A program made the position numbers and the translations under genes. Under the pieces are notes generated by a model. It was not told the origin of the DNA. It made no database searches and worked only from the letters and a program-made list of their open reading frames with translations. A stretch of DNA of 64,000 nt from the human T2T-CHM13v2.0 reference genome, Homo sapiens: the NCBI RefSeq assembly GCF_009914755.1, contig NC_060928.1; one strand, given 5' to 3'. Below, in pieces: positions 14,220 to 26,887 of the stretch. Within the stretch, counting starts at the first letter, position 1. Each line of letters opens with the position of its first letter.

Positions 14220-17200
14220 AATCCAATTGGTCAAGTGTCGATGTTAAGTCCCTAATTTCTTTGTTAGTTTTCTACCTTGATGATCTGTCTAATGACAGTG
14301 GGGCGCTGAAGTTTCCCACTATTATTGCATGGCTGTTTAAGTCTTCATAGGTCTAGAAGTACTTGTTTTATGAATCTGGGAATTTCAATGTTGGTGCATA
14401 TATATTTAGAATAGATAAATCTTCCTGTTAAATTGAATCCTTTATCATTATACAATGCCCTTCTTTGTCCTTTTTTACTGTTGTTGGTATAAAGTCTGTT
14501 TTGCCTGATATAAGCATAGAGACCCCCACTTTTTTTTCTTTGTTTTTTGTTTACATTGTAGATCTTCTTCCAATGCTTTACTTTGAGCCTATGGGTGTTT
14601 TTATGTGTGAGATGGGTCTCTTGAAGACAGCAGATGGATATGTTTTGTTTTTTTAATTCAACTTGCCATCTGTGTCTTTTAAGTAGGGGTGTTTAGACCA
14701 CTTACATTCAAATTCATATTGATACGTGAGATTTTGATCATATCATGAAGTTGTTAGCTGGTTGCTTTGCAGTATTTATTGTCTAATTGCTTTATATAGT
14801 CTGTGAGGTATGTACTTGATATGGTTTGACTGTGTACCCACACAAATCTCATCTTGAATTGTAGTTCCCATAATCCCCACATCATGCGAGGGACCCAGTA
14901 GGAAGTAATTGAATCATGGGGGAGGTTTTCCCCATGCTATTCTCATGGTAGTGAGTAAGTTCTCATGAGATCTGATGGTTTTATTAGCGGTTCCACCTTT
15001 GCTCAGCTCTCATTCTTCCCCTTCCTGCCACCATGTGAAGAAGGATGTGTTTGCTTCCCCTTCCACCATGATTGTAAGTTTCCCGAGGCCTCCCCAGTCC
15101 TGCAGAACTGTGAGTCAATTAAACCTCTTTCCTTTATAAATGACCCAGTCTTGGGTATTTCTTCATAGCAGTATGAGAATGAACTAATACAGTAAATTTG
15201 TCCCACAGAGAGAGGGTTGATGCTATAAAGATTCCCAAAAATCTGGAAACGACTTTGGAACTGGGTAACAGGCAGAGGTTGGAACCATTTGGTGGGCTCA
15301 GAAGAAGTCAGAAAAATGTGGGAAAGTTTGGAACTTCTTAGAAACTTGGAGGACTCAGAAGACAGGAAGATGTGGGAAAGTTTGGAACTTCCAAGAGACT
15401 TGTCAAATGGCTTTGACCAAAATGCTGATAGTGATGTAGAAAATGAAGTTAAGACTGACAAGGTCTCAGATGGAGAGGAGGAATTTGTTGGCAACTACAG
15501 TAAAGGTTGTTCTTCCTATACAAAGAGACTGGAGGCATTTTGCCCCTGCCCTAGAGATCTGTGGAATGCGGAACTTGAGGGAGATGATTTAGGATGTCTG
15601 GCAGAAGAAATTTCTAACCAGCAAAGCATTCAAGAGGAAGCAGAGCATAAAAGTTTGGAAAATTTGCAGCCTGAGAATACAATAGAAGAGAAAAACCCAT
15701 TTTCTGGGGAGAAATTCAAGCCAGCTGCAGAAATTTGCATAAGTAACGAGGAGCTGAATGTTCCTCACCAAGGCAATGGGGAAAATGTCTTCAGGGCATG
15801 TCAGAGACCTTAATGGCAGCCCCTCCTATCACAGGCCCAGAGGCCTAGGAGAGAAAAATGGTTTGCTAGGCCAGGCCCAGGGCCTCCTTGCTTTATGCAG
15901 CCTCAGGACATGGTGCTGTGTCCCCGCTGCTTTAGCTCCAGCCTTGGCTAAAAGTGGCCAACATACAACTCAGGTCATTGTTTCAGAGGGTTCAAGCTCC
16001 AAGCCTGGGTGGCTTTTATGTGGTTTTAGGCCTGTGTGTGCAGAGAAGACAAGAATTAAAGTTTGGGAACCTCAGCAGAAGTCTGTTGCAGGAGTAGAAC
16101 TGCCATAAAGAATCTTTGCTAAGGTAGTGAAGAAGGGAAATATTGGGTTGGAGCCTCCACCTAGAGTCCCCTACTGGGGAACTGTTTAGTGGAGCTGTGA
16201 GACAAAGGCCGCCATCTTCTAGACCCCAGAGTGGTAGATCCATTGAAAGCTTGCACTGTGTGCCTAGAAAAGCTGCAGACAGTCAACACCAGCCCTTGAA
16301 GGCAGCCAAGTGGGGGCTGTACCCTGCAAAGCCACAGGGGCAGAGCTGCCCAAGGCTGTGGGAGCCACTTCTTGCATCAGTGTGACCTGGATGTGAGACA
16401 TGGAGTCAAAGGAAGGCATTTTGGAACCTTAAGGTTAATGATTGCCTTATTGGATTTTAGACTTGCATGGTTCCTGTAGCCCCTTTATTTTGGCCATTTT
16501 TTGCCATTTGGAATGGCTGCATTATCCAATGCTTGTACCCCCATTGTATCTAGGAAGTAACTAAACTGCTTTTGATTTTATAGGTTCATAGGCAGAAGAG
16601 ATTTGCCTTGTCTCAGATGAGACTTTGGACTTGAATGTTTCAGTTAATGCTGGAATGAGTTAAGAATTTGGGGGACTGTTGGAAGAGCATGATTGTGTTT
16701 TGAAATGTGAGGTCATGAGCTTTGAGAGAGGCCAGAAGTGGAATGATATAGTTTGGCTGTGTCCTTACCCAAATCTCATTTTGAATTACAGTTCCCACAA
16801 TCCCCATGTGTCATGAGAGGGACCTGGTGGGAGGTAAATGAATCGTGGGGGAGGTTTTCCCCATGCTATTCTTGGGATAGTAAGTAAGTTCTTATGAATC
16901 TGCTGGTTTTATAAGGGACTTCCCTATTCACTCAGCTCTCATTCTTCCCCTTCCTGCCACCATGAGAAGAAGGATGTGTTTGCTTCCCCTTCCACCATGA
17001 TTGTAAGTTCCCTGAAGCCTCCCCAGCCCTACAGAACTGTTAGTCAATTAAACGTCCTTCCTTTATAAATTACCCAGTCTTAGGTATTTCTTCATAGCAG
17101 AGTGATAACAAATGAATACAATACTTAAGTGTGTTTTTGGAGTACCAGGCTTCATTCTTCATTTCTATGTTTAGAACATCCTTAAGGATCTCTTGTAAGG

Positions 17201-18771
17201 CCAATCTAGTGGTAACAATTTCCTTAATGCTTGCTTGTCTGGAAAATATTTTTTGTCCTTTGCTTATGATTCTTAGTTTGGCAGGATATGAAATTCTTGG
17301 TTGAAAATATTATCTTTTTTTAAGAATGCTGAAAATAGGCTACCAACTTCTCCTGGCTTTTAAGTTTTCTGCTGAGAAGTCTGCTGTTAGCCTGATGGAG
17401 TTTGCTTTGTACGTGATCTGATCTTTTTCTCTATCTGTTTTAAGGTTTTTTCTTAAGTGTTGACCTTGGCCAGTCTGGTGATTATTTTCCTTGGTGATGT
17501 CTGTTTTGTATCGTATCTCTCAGGTGTTCTCTGTACTTCCTGTATCTGGATGCCTATCTCTCTAGCAAGATATTCCTTCAAATATGTTTTTCAGGTGGCT
17601 TGCTTTTTCTCTGTCTCTCCAGGAATGCCAATAATTCATAGAATTTGTCACTTAACGTAATCCCTTATTTCTGAAAAGCTTCATTCATTAAAAACATTTT
17701 TTTTCTTTATTTTTGTCTGTCTGGGTTCATCTGAAAGACCAGTTTTCAAGATCTGAAATTATTTATTCAGCTTGATTCAGTCTATTAATAAAGCTTTCAA
17801 CTATATTTTGAAATTCCTTAAGTGAGTTTTTCAGTTCAGAATCTATGACTGATTTCTTTTTAAGATGTTTATCTCTTTCTTCATTTCCTGGATTGCTTTA
17901 GAAGTCTCTTCATTTTGATTTTTAAGCTTGTCTTGATCTCATTAGCTTCCTTGCAGTTCATGCGTTGAATTCTTTATCTGTCATTTCTGAGTTTCCATTG
18001 TGTTTGGGGACCATTGCTGAGAGCTGGTATGATCTTTTGGTGGTCACTATATTCAGATTTTTCATGGTGCTAGAATTTTTGTTCAGGTTTCTTCTCCTCT
18101 ACAGATGCTGGCACTTCTAATTTTTGTTATTGTGTTTGTGTGGATGGGAATTTTTCTTTTTCTTAATTTTCTTATAATATTATTGTTTTTTCTTTCCCCT
18201 TCCCTCCTTATTTAGGTGGTGCATACGACTGTACAGAATGCTGTGTATGGTCTTCTGGCTTTGCTTCTATAGCCCTGTGAATTTCTTTGGGCAGGTTTTA
18301 TATTGGGATGTGCAGTTCAACCTACAAGCCAGTAGATGACTCTTATAGGTAAGAGGTGGCTGTGGACAATGTCACCAAATAATGACTGACTTTGTATGTG
18401 CCAAGATTAAAAATGGTATCCTTCTGTCTGTCCTGGGTCTGCAAGTGTCTCCCCAAGTTAGCTTTAGGGGTTGGGAAAAACAAAGTGCTCTCTCTCAGCC
18501 TGGGTTGCTCAGATCCCCAATGGACAAGTGAGTCACAGAGGGAGGCTGTCTGCCTCTGTCACATACTGGTACTTCACTCAAAGTCAGCTGGATACCATCA
18601 TGAGGCCTGTTTGCTGGTGGTCTTCTCCCTGGGATTTGAGGTGTCCTTCACAATTCGGGGGGATACCCATTTTTCTTCTTGAATTAAAGCTCAAATAGTT
18701 AATCTTTATGCACAATCCTGCTGTTTCCAAGTAGCTGAAGCACACTAAGAGCCCCTAATTCACCATCTTGG
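14220..18771 (-). mobile_element. Older L1 (L1PB/L1MA-like) 5' portion: 5'UTR, ORF1, ORF2 endonuclease relic; split by THE1C
   Basis: Minus-strand start ccaagatggtgaattagg at about 18771; ORF1-like sequence 17126-18100; endonuclease-like sequence 14220-14816 homologous to 47970-48540 of the younger L1. Confidence 0.85.
14817..17120 (+). mobile_element. Complete THE1C MaLR element (LTR 14817-15191, internal 15192-16743, LTR 16744-17120)
   Basis: Two about 375-bp LTRs (tgatat...aataca) with THE1C-type gaagaaggatgtgtttgcttcccc; purine tract before the 3' LTR; TSD gtact/atact at 14812-14816 and 17121-17125. Confidence 0.95.
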
Positions 18772-18784
18772 AAAACAAAAAACC

Positions 18785-21700
18785 TTTTGGGTATACACCC
18801 AACAGCGGAATTGCCAGATTATATGGTAGTTCTGTATAGCAGTTGTACTAGTTTACATTCCCACCAACAGAGCATGAGTTCCCTTTCCTCCACATCCTCA
18901 CCAGCATTTGTTATTATTTATATTTTTGTTAGTAGCCAATTTAATTGGAGTGAAATGATATCTTAATATGGTTTTGATCTGCATTTCCGTTTTTAAATGA
19001 GTTATTTGCCTTTTATTATTGAATTTTCTATATTCTTTATATATTGTGGATAAAGGTTCCTCATCAGACATATGATTTCCAAATATTTTCTCCCTTTCAG
19101 TGGATTGCCTTTTCACACTCTGGATGATGTCCTATGCAGCATGGAAGTTTTGAATTGTGACTAAGTCCAATTTATTGATTTATGTTTTTCACTTATGCTT
19201 TGGATGCCATATCCAAGAAATTATTACTTATTTCAAGGTCATAAGTATTTACATCTATGTTTTCTTCTAAGAGAATTATAGTTTAGAATCTTACATTCAG
19301 ATCTTTAATATATTTGGAATTAATTTTTGTGTATGGTGCAAGGAAGCAGTCTAATTTTCTTCTTTTGCAAGTGGATATGAAATTGTTCAAGCTCCCTTTC
19401 TTGAAATGACTATTCTCTAAACCTTAAATTGCCTTGGAACTTGGTCAAAAATCAATGGGCTATAAATATATAGGTTTATTTCTGGACTCTCAATTCCATT
19501 TCATTGATCTCTATATCCATCCAGCTTTGTAGTATATTTGGAAATTAAGAAGTGTTATACATTCATATTGGTTCCTTATTAAGATTGTTTTAGCTATTAT
19601 GGATCCCTTATATTTCCACATGAATTTTAGAATCAGCTTTTCTAGTTCTGCAAAAATAAAAATAAAAATATGTAATTTTGATAGGAATTGTGTTAAATCT
19701 ACAAATCAATTTTAGGAGTATTGATAGCTCAATAATGTTAAGGTTTTCTGATCCAAGGACTTAGCATGTCTTTCCATGTATTTATATTATTTATAATTTC
19801 TTTCAACAGTGTTGTTTAGTTTTCAGATTATGTTTTACATTTATTTGCTTAAATTTATGTCTTTCTTTTCTGAATGCTATTGTACCTGTAAAATATTCTT
19901 AATTTCTCTTTTATATTTTTCAATGCTAGTTTATTTTTCTTTATTAATCTTATACTCTGAAACCTTGTTGAAATTGTTTACTGTCTCTAGTATTTTTTAA
20001 ATCTGGATTTCTTTAGTTATTTTATGTGTAAGTTCATGTTATCTGAACATAGAGATAGTTTTACTTTTTTCTTTCCAGTATGAACGTTTTAAATTTCTTT
20101 TTCTTGTCTAATTTTTCTAGTACAAACAAAATTACAATGTTGAATAGAAGTAGCAAGAGTGTGCATTCTCATCTTGTTCCTGAAATTGAGGTAGGAGTAG
20201 AAACATGCATTTTTTTCACCACTAAATATAGTGCTATTTTGGGATTTTTTTATTCACATCAATTATCAAGTTGAGAAAGTTCCCTCAATTTCTACTATAT
20301 TGAGTGTTTATAGTCATCCAAATGAATTTATTTTAAATGTTTTTTTTTCATTTTTTGGATCTATCGCAACAATCACATACTCTCTCCTTATTCTAGTAAT
20401 AGTGTTTAAAATTAATTGATTTTGTCATATTAAAGCAAAGATGTATACTCAATAATCCACCTGGTGATGGTCTGTAATCCTTCATATATGTTGCTGGATT
20501 TTATTTGCTAGTAATTTCGGGAACTTTTTGAGTCGACATTAAAAAGAGGTATTGTTCTGTAATTTTCTTTCCTTGTTGATGTCTTTGGTTTTGGTGGCAT
20601 GGTAATAGTGGCCTCATGTAATGTGTTGGGAGCGCTACTTCCTCTTCTAATTTTAGACAAGTATATGAAGAACCGATATTAGTTCTTTGTGGTACATTTG
20701 GTACAATTTACCAGTGAAGCCATCTTGCTTGGACTTTTTTTGTGTGAGAAGTTTTGATATTACTAAGTCAGTTTATTATAGAACTATTCAGATTTTGTAT
20801 TCCTATTTAAGACAGATTTGGCTGTTTGTGTCTTTGTAAGAATTTGTCCATTACATCAGTTGTTTACAGTATTTTTTAATTCTTTTTCTTTCTGTTAATA
20901 GTTATGTCTGATATCTCATTCTGATTTCAGTAATTGAGTCTTCTCTTTTTCTTCTTGGTTAGTTTAGCTAAAAGTTTTTACAATTTTGTTACTATTTTCA
21001 AAAAATCAGCTTCTTGCTTCATTGATTTCCTCTACTGGTTTACTGTTTTTTATTTCATAATTGCCCACCATTAGGTTTTATTTTTGCCCTGCCTCTGCCT
21101 TTGCCTCTGTTTTAGGTTTAGTCTACACCTGTTCTTCCAGTATTTTAAGCGGAAGGTCAGGCTGTTTATTAGAGACTTTTATTATATTTAACACAAGTAT
21201 TTGAAGCTATACATTTTCCTGCATATCCTACTTTAGGTACATCTTTTATATTTTGTTGTATAATGTTTTTACGTGGGTTTATCTCAAAGTATTTGTCTTC
21301 CCCTCTGATTTCTCCTTTGACTCATTGGTTATTTGAGAATATTAAGTTACACAAAATTTATATTTCCCAATTTTCTTTCCATTATTGTTTTCTAATTTTA
21401 TTTCATTTGGTCAGAGATCATTCTTTATATGATTTCATTTATTTTAAAAATGTATTGAGGCTTGTTTCACTGTTCAAGATATTATCTATGCTGGAGAATA
21501 TTCTGGGTGTGCTCTCCTGTTGCTGAGTAGAATCTTTTATGAGTGTCTAGTTGTTTATAGTGTTGCTAAGTCTGCTATTTCTTTGTCGTTTTATTGTTGT
21601 TATTGAAAGTGTGGTATCGATGTGTCCAACTATTATTGTTGACCTTTCTATTTCTCCCTCAATTTTTGCTTTGTGTGTTGTGGTACCTTGTTGTTAACTT

Positions 21701-22570
21701 GTTATAAAGTTGGTATATCTTCTTGGTGGATCAAACCTTTTAGCATTACAATATTACCATAGCAGCTTCAGCTTTCTTATGGATGCTATTTGAACAATAC
21801 ATCTTTTTTCATTCATTACTTTTAACCTCTTTGTGCTTTTTCAATTTTTAAATTAAATTTAAATCAAAATTTAAATTTTCAATTTAACCTCTTTGTGCTT
21901 CTCCTGAAGACAGTTGAATTTTTATTTTCCAATCCAGTCAGAAAATGTTATCTTTTGATTGGATTATTTAATCCATTAATATTCAACATAATTGATATAG
22001 TTGTATTTACATCCACCATTTTACTTTGTTTTTTGTATTCCCCATCTCTTTTTTGTTCCTCTATTTTCCTTCTTTATTTCTTTCTTTTGCACTAATTATT
22101 TTCTACTGTAGCATTTAAATGTATTGTTTTTTCACAATATTTTTGCATCTTTAGTGTCTTCTTAGCACTTAGACATTTTACCTTCTAATTCTAATTCAGA
22201 TTTATTTCAGACAATTTCAGTGAGATATGCAAACTTAGTTCTACTGTATCTATTCGTTCCTCACCTTTATTGTGCTATAATTATTACACATATTACATCT
22301 ATATACTGTATATCACAAAACTAATAACACATTTGCATAATGACTACTTTATATACTTTTGTATCTTTTATAGAAACTGCAATAAAAAAGTAAACATATA
22401 TTCATTTAGTTTGATATATTAGCTTTCTATTTATTATTTTTATTTTTAAAGAAATAATTCCTGGCCTGGTGCAGCGGTTCATGCCTGTAATCCCAGCATT
22501 GTGAGAGGCTGAGGCAAGAGGATCATTTGAGCCCAGCTGTTTGAGACCAGCCATGGCAACATCTCTCTCT

Positions 22571-22605
<35 letters not shown>

Positions 22606-23370
22606 GAGTGTGGTGGCATGCACCTGTATTCCCGGCTATTTGGGAGGTTGAGGCAGGAGGATCACTTAAGCCTGGGAGGTTGGAGCTTCAGTAAGCCAAA
22701 ATAGTGCCACTGCACTCCAGGCTAACTGAAAAACCAAAACCCATCTTAAAAAGTACTACTACTACTACTACTAATAATAACTTGTCTTTATCAATATTCA
22801 CTATTAGATGATATAATCATACTATTTTTTACTTATTTAAAAATAGTTTAATTTACTTCTTTGAATATATATATTTATAATAACTTTGAATTCTTTGCTA
22901 TGTGTAATATCTTCTGTTGCTTGCTTTTTACTTCTGTGTAGCAGTGTTATATTCCTATTTCTTTATCTATCTTGTCAACTTGTTGATATTTTAGATAATA
23001 TATTGTAGAAACTCTGGATACTAATTCCCCCTCTCTGTTAGGTAATTTCTTGCTTATTTGTTCCCTGATTTGGCTAGACTATTGAGGTAAAGTTTATTTC
23101 TTTTGCAGTGTATAACTTACGATGTTGCTCTTCGGAGAATGCAACCTTGAACATGACCAGCTTGGATGATAGTGTATTTTTTGATTGTCTTTTCCTGATT
23201 TTCTGTTAAGCTGTCCATGGCTGTCAGTGTCACACTCAGTTGGTAGCCCTTGCTTATTATTAGCTCAGTGCTCTATTGTTTTTGATAGTGTCTCGGAATA
23301 AATTCCTCCATAATCTTACCCAATTAAATTGGGCTCATTTTCAAGGCTATGTTCATTCTAGGTTTGAAAA
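18785..23370 (-). mobile_element. Old L1M body (ORF2 relic), fragmented
   Basis: ORF 18898-19116 (MQIKTILRYHFTPIKLA...KCW) is the ORF2 C-terminus; T-rich ORF2-like sequence continues to about 23.3 kb. Confidence 0.8.
22463..22752 (+). mobile_element. AluJ with expanded middle A-tract
   Basis: J-type gaggatcatttgagccc/gaggatcacttaagcc; 31 A at 22572-22602; (TAC)n after the tail. Confidence 0.92.
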
Positions 23371-23379
23371 AAAGAGCAA

Positions 23380-24010
23380 ATATCCTGTGGATAATGAAAA
23401 CCAGTTTTTAATTTTGCAAAAGGAGTTATAAAAAAGGTAGCAAAATGACTAGAAGAAATTCTTTAATGCTGGGTTGGAATTGGAAGTATAAATACGTACT
23501 CATGGTTTAATATGCACACACAAACACATATATACATATGCAGGTAGATGTGGAAATAGAAGAAGATGCATGTGTAGATGTGAATATAAATATACATATG
23601 TTTTAGCCATGTCAACGAAGAGAGAAATAGTGTAATAGTAGCAGTGAGCACCCCTAATACTCAAATACTGGTATCTAGAAAACTAAGGCTTCTTAAGAGG
23701 ATTGTTTGGTTTCAGGGCTGGGACAAGCAATATACAAGATAAACTTGTAATGTCTTTTTTTTACCAAAAGCTGAGTAAGTACCAAAGAATAATTTGTATT
23801 TGACAAAGTACAGTTCAGTCATCTTAACAGAAATACTGCTGGCTAAATATGTAAAAATTAACATTCAAATAAATAATTGTAGAATAGAAGTAAAACTTCG
23901 TGAATAAAATACTCCACAAGTCTACTTTGATATGAGTTATAATTTTAGTGAATTATAACTCATAAAATAAAACAAATATGTGCTGGTCAATGTTGATATA
24001 AATACATGAT
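23380..24010 (+). mobile_element. L1MC/L1MD-like 3'UTR fragment
   Basis: gctgggttggaattggaagtat...gcagtgagcacccctaatactcaaat...cagggctgggacaag are typical of L1MC/MD 3' ends. Confidence 0.6.
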
Positions 24011-25469
24011 TTAATGGTTACATTTTTAAAAAGAATAATTGTTGGAAAGTATGATACAAGATGTTGAATGTCACTTCTGTAATAACCTCAGATTATAAAT
24101 TTTTTCCCAGGCATTAATTTAACATCTTCAATTATCTGTCATTATTTTGGTAAAGTGACAACTCGTTGTGATTTTTTTAGTAAAAATTTAAAACTCTTCA
24201 TTATTTTATTATATATTGTATTTATATTAGAATATATAAACAAAATGTAAAAACAACTCAAATATCAAATTTGAAACTTATTTCAAAATATGTATATGAT
24301 TCTATGCCTCTTTGAACATTCTTTGCAACCAATAAAGTTAAGTTTCCCAAAATTGTAGCGCTATTAAACAACTACTAATAACACATAACTAAAAATTGCA
24401 TGAATTTAATTTTCATTTGTAATTTACAAGCAATTAGAAAATTATAGAAAAACATGGTGTGATTATTCTTACAAGAACAGCAAATAAAAAAATCCATTAA
24501 AAAGTTTTTCTGTTAGCCCTGAAATAAAACTAGATTGCTCAGTTATATATTTGTTATATTATACTTGAATAGCATATCAACTTTTATTCTGATTATTAAA
24601 TGTCCACATAAAACTTTTAATATATGGATATCTAAAACTACTGTAAATATTACAAGTATTGTTTTCTTTGTAAATAGTATAAACATTATTTTGCTTTTAT
24701 TATAAAGTACTCACAGGTACAGGTTTAAAATCTTCCTTACATTTTTTAAATGTATTTGTACTTTATTGTAATATTTTTAAAGGTCATAGTAATTTATTTT
24801 CAACTCAAGTCAAAATGTGGCATATTTTCTTCTCAGCACTTATGGAATTATACCTAGGGTTTCTATTTGCATATACATAAGTTTATATTTTTTTTAAAAA
24901 AAACACTAGAACTTTTCAAATTAAATTAAATATAATGGTGTGATTTTCTTTCAAGTCCTCAAAATAGTGCTGTTTTACATAAAATGTTGAGTGTTTTATT
25001 GTATTATATCGCTGACAAACTTAGAAACTTTTTGATGTGAACAGATGGTTAAATATAATTTATCCATCTAAGAAAGAAGCTAAAATACATGCTACATACC
25101 TATTTTTTTAAATTTTCATTTATATTATGGTTTTTACTAGTATTCTTTATGCATCTAATTTTTTAAAAATCTTCCCCCAGAGTAATAACTAAGATTTACA
25201 GAAAAGTTTTCTCTGTATTCAATGTATAATTCCTTTAGCTCAGTCTCATCTAATTATCTTCAGCCTTTCATATTTATTAATCAACTTAGACTGTTTAAAA
25301 GATTTATTGAATGAGTAGGAAATATGATCCAGTGGATTGGACTGGGAGAATGTATTGTGAACAAACATGAAACTTCAGAAAAATACTACCTTCAGAAGCA
25401 TAGGGAACTTGCTAAAAGTATATGAATGAATGTGGAAAAAAGTTAGAAAAAAAAGTGACGAGTTTAAAA

Positions 25470-25650
25470 TAATTGGGTTTGGAGTCAGATATTCTTGGTT
25501 TGAAATCATAGCTCCACCATTTGAAGAATCTCATGAGCTAAGGTGAATGTCTTAACCTCTTTAAACTTTATCTTTCCTATCTGAAATAATCATTATTTAG
25601 GAAATTGTTATAAATAATAAGTGAGATAAAGTATATAAGCATATAAAGAA
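25470..25650 (+). mobile_element. MIR SINE
   Basis: tttggagtcaga...tgaaatcatagctccacca...cttaacctct...tatctgaaat...tgagataaagtatataa. Confidence 0.7.
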
Positions 25651-25654
25651 TTGC

Positions 25655-25750
25655 TTCCTTTATTCAACAAATATTTATTGAATGCCTGTTTTATATACTC
25701 TTCCTAGCTCTAAGGATACAGAAGAAGCAAGGCAGACATCGTTTTTACTC
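25655..25750 (-). mobile_element. L2 3' end
   Basis: ttattcaacaaatatttattgaatgcct is the canonical L2 tail on the reverse strand. Confidence 0.7.
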
Positions 25751-26037
25751 TCATTAAAATCAGCCATTGTGAAAATTTTAACATAGACATCAGGACAAGA
25801 TGATTTTGCAATTGGCTGCAATCTAATGTTTAAGAAACAGATAACTTCAATATGGTTTAACACATTCTAGGCTATAGAACCTTAATTATTAGAACTAATA
25901 CAAATATAAGAAATAAAATAAAATTGGAGGTAAATTTAACATATTTCTATAGATGTAAAACTTGAAATAAATTATTATCATATAGAATTTACTGGTTATA
26001 AAGTGTTACATATATAATGATTAAAACTTATTTTTAG

Positions 26038-26386
<349 letters not shown>

Positions 26387-26620
26387 TTGATACAATTCTT
26401 AAGTCAACAAGTTAAGCCAAAAAGAAAACCAGTATATTAAAAAACTTGGAAATTACGTTTGGAAAAATTCATCTGAACAACAAAAAAACCAGCAAAATTA
26501 AAGCCAAAACATCTCTAAATATAAAAGAAATATAAATAAATGATTAAAATACAACATCCAGCAGCAAATATTAAAATAAAGCTTGTAACTGCAATTTTTA
26601 AATTTACTTATTTATACATT

Positions 26621-26887
26621 TTGTTTGTTTGTTTTATTGAGATGGAGTCTCACTCTGTCGCCCAGGTTGGAGTGCAGTGGCACGATCTCGGCTCACTGCA
26701 ACCTTTGCCCTCCAAGTTCATGTGATTCTCCTGCCTCCGAGTAGCTGGAATTACAGGCGCCTGCCGCCGTGCCTGGCTAATTTTTGTACTTTTAGTAAAG
26801 ACAGGGTTTCCATCTTGGCCAGGCTGGCCTTGAACTCGTGACCTTGTGGTCCACCCGCCTCGGCCTCCCAAAGTGCTGGGATTACAG
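26621..26887 (-). mobile_element. AluS
   Basis: Alu body; TSD acttatttata(c/t)att at 26606-26620 and 26888-26902. Confidence 0.94.

Noticed and set aside
15003-15494. 163-aa Ser-rich minus-strand ORF
   Set aside because: Antisense shadow of the THE1C LTR/internal region
24070-24160. Degenerate inverted repeat tgtcactt...aagtgaca
   Set aside because: Only about two-thirds pairing in AT-rich DNA; compatible with chance
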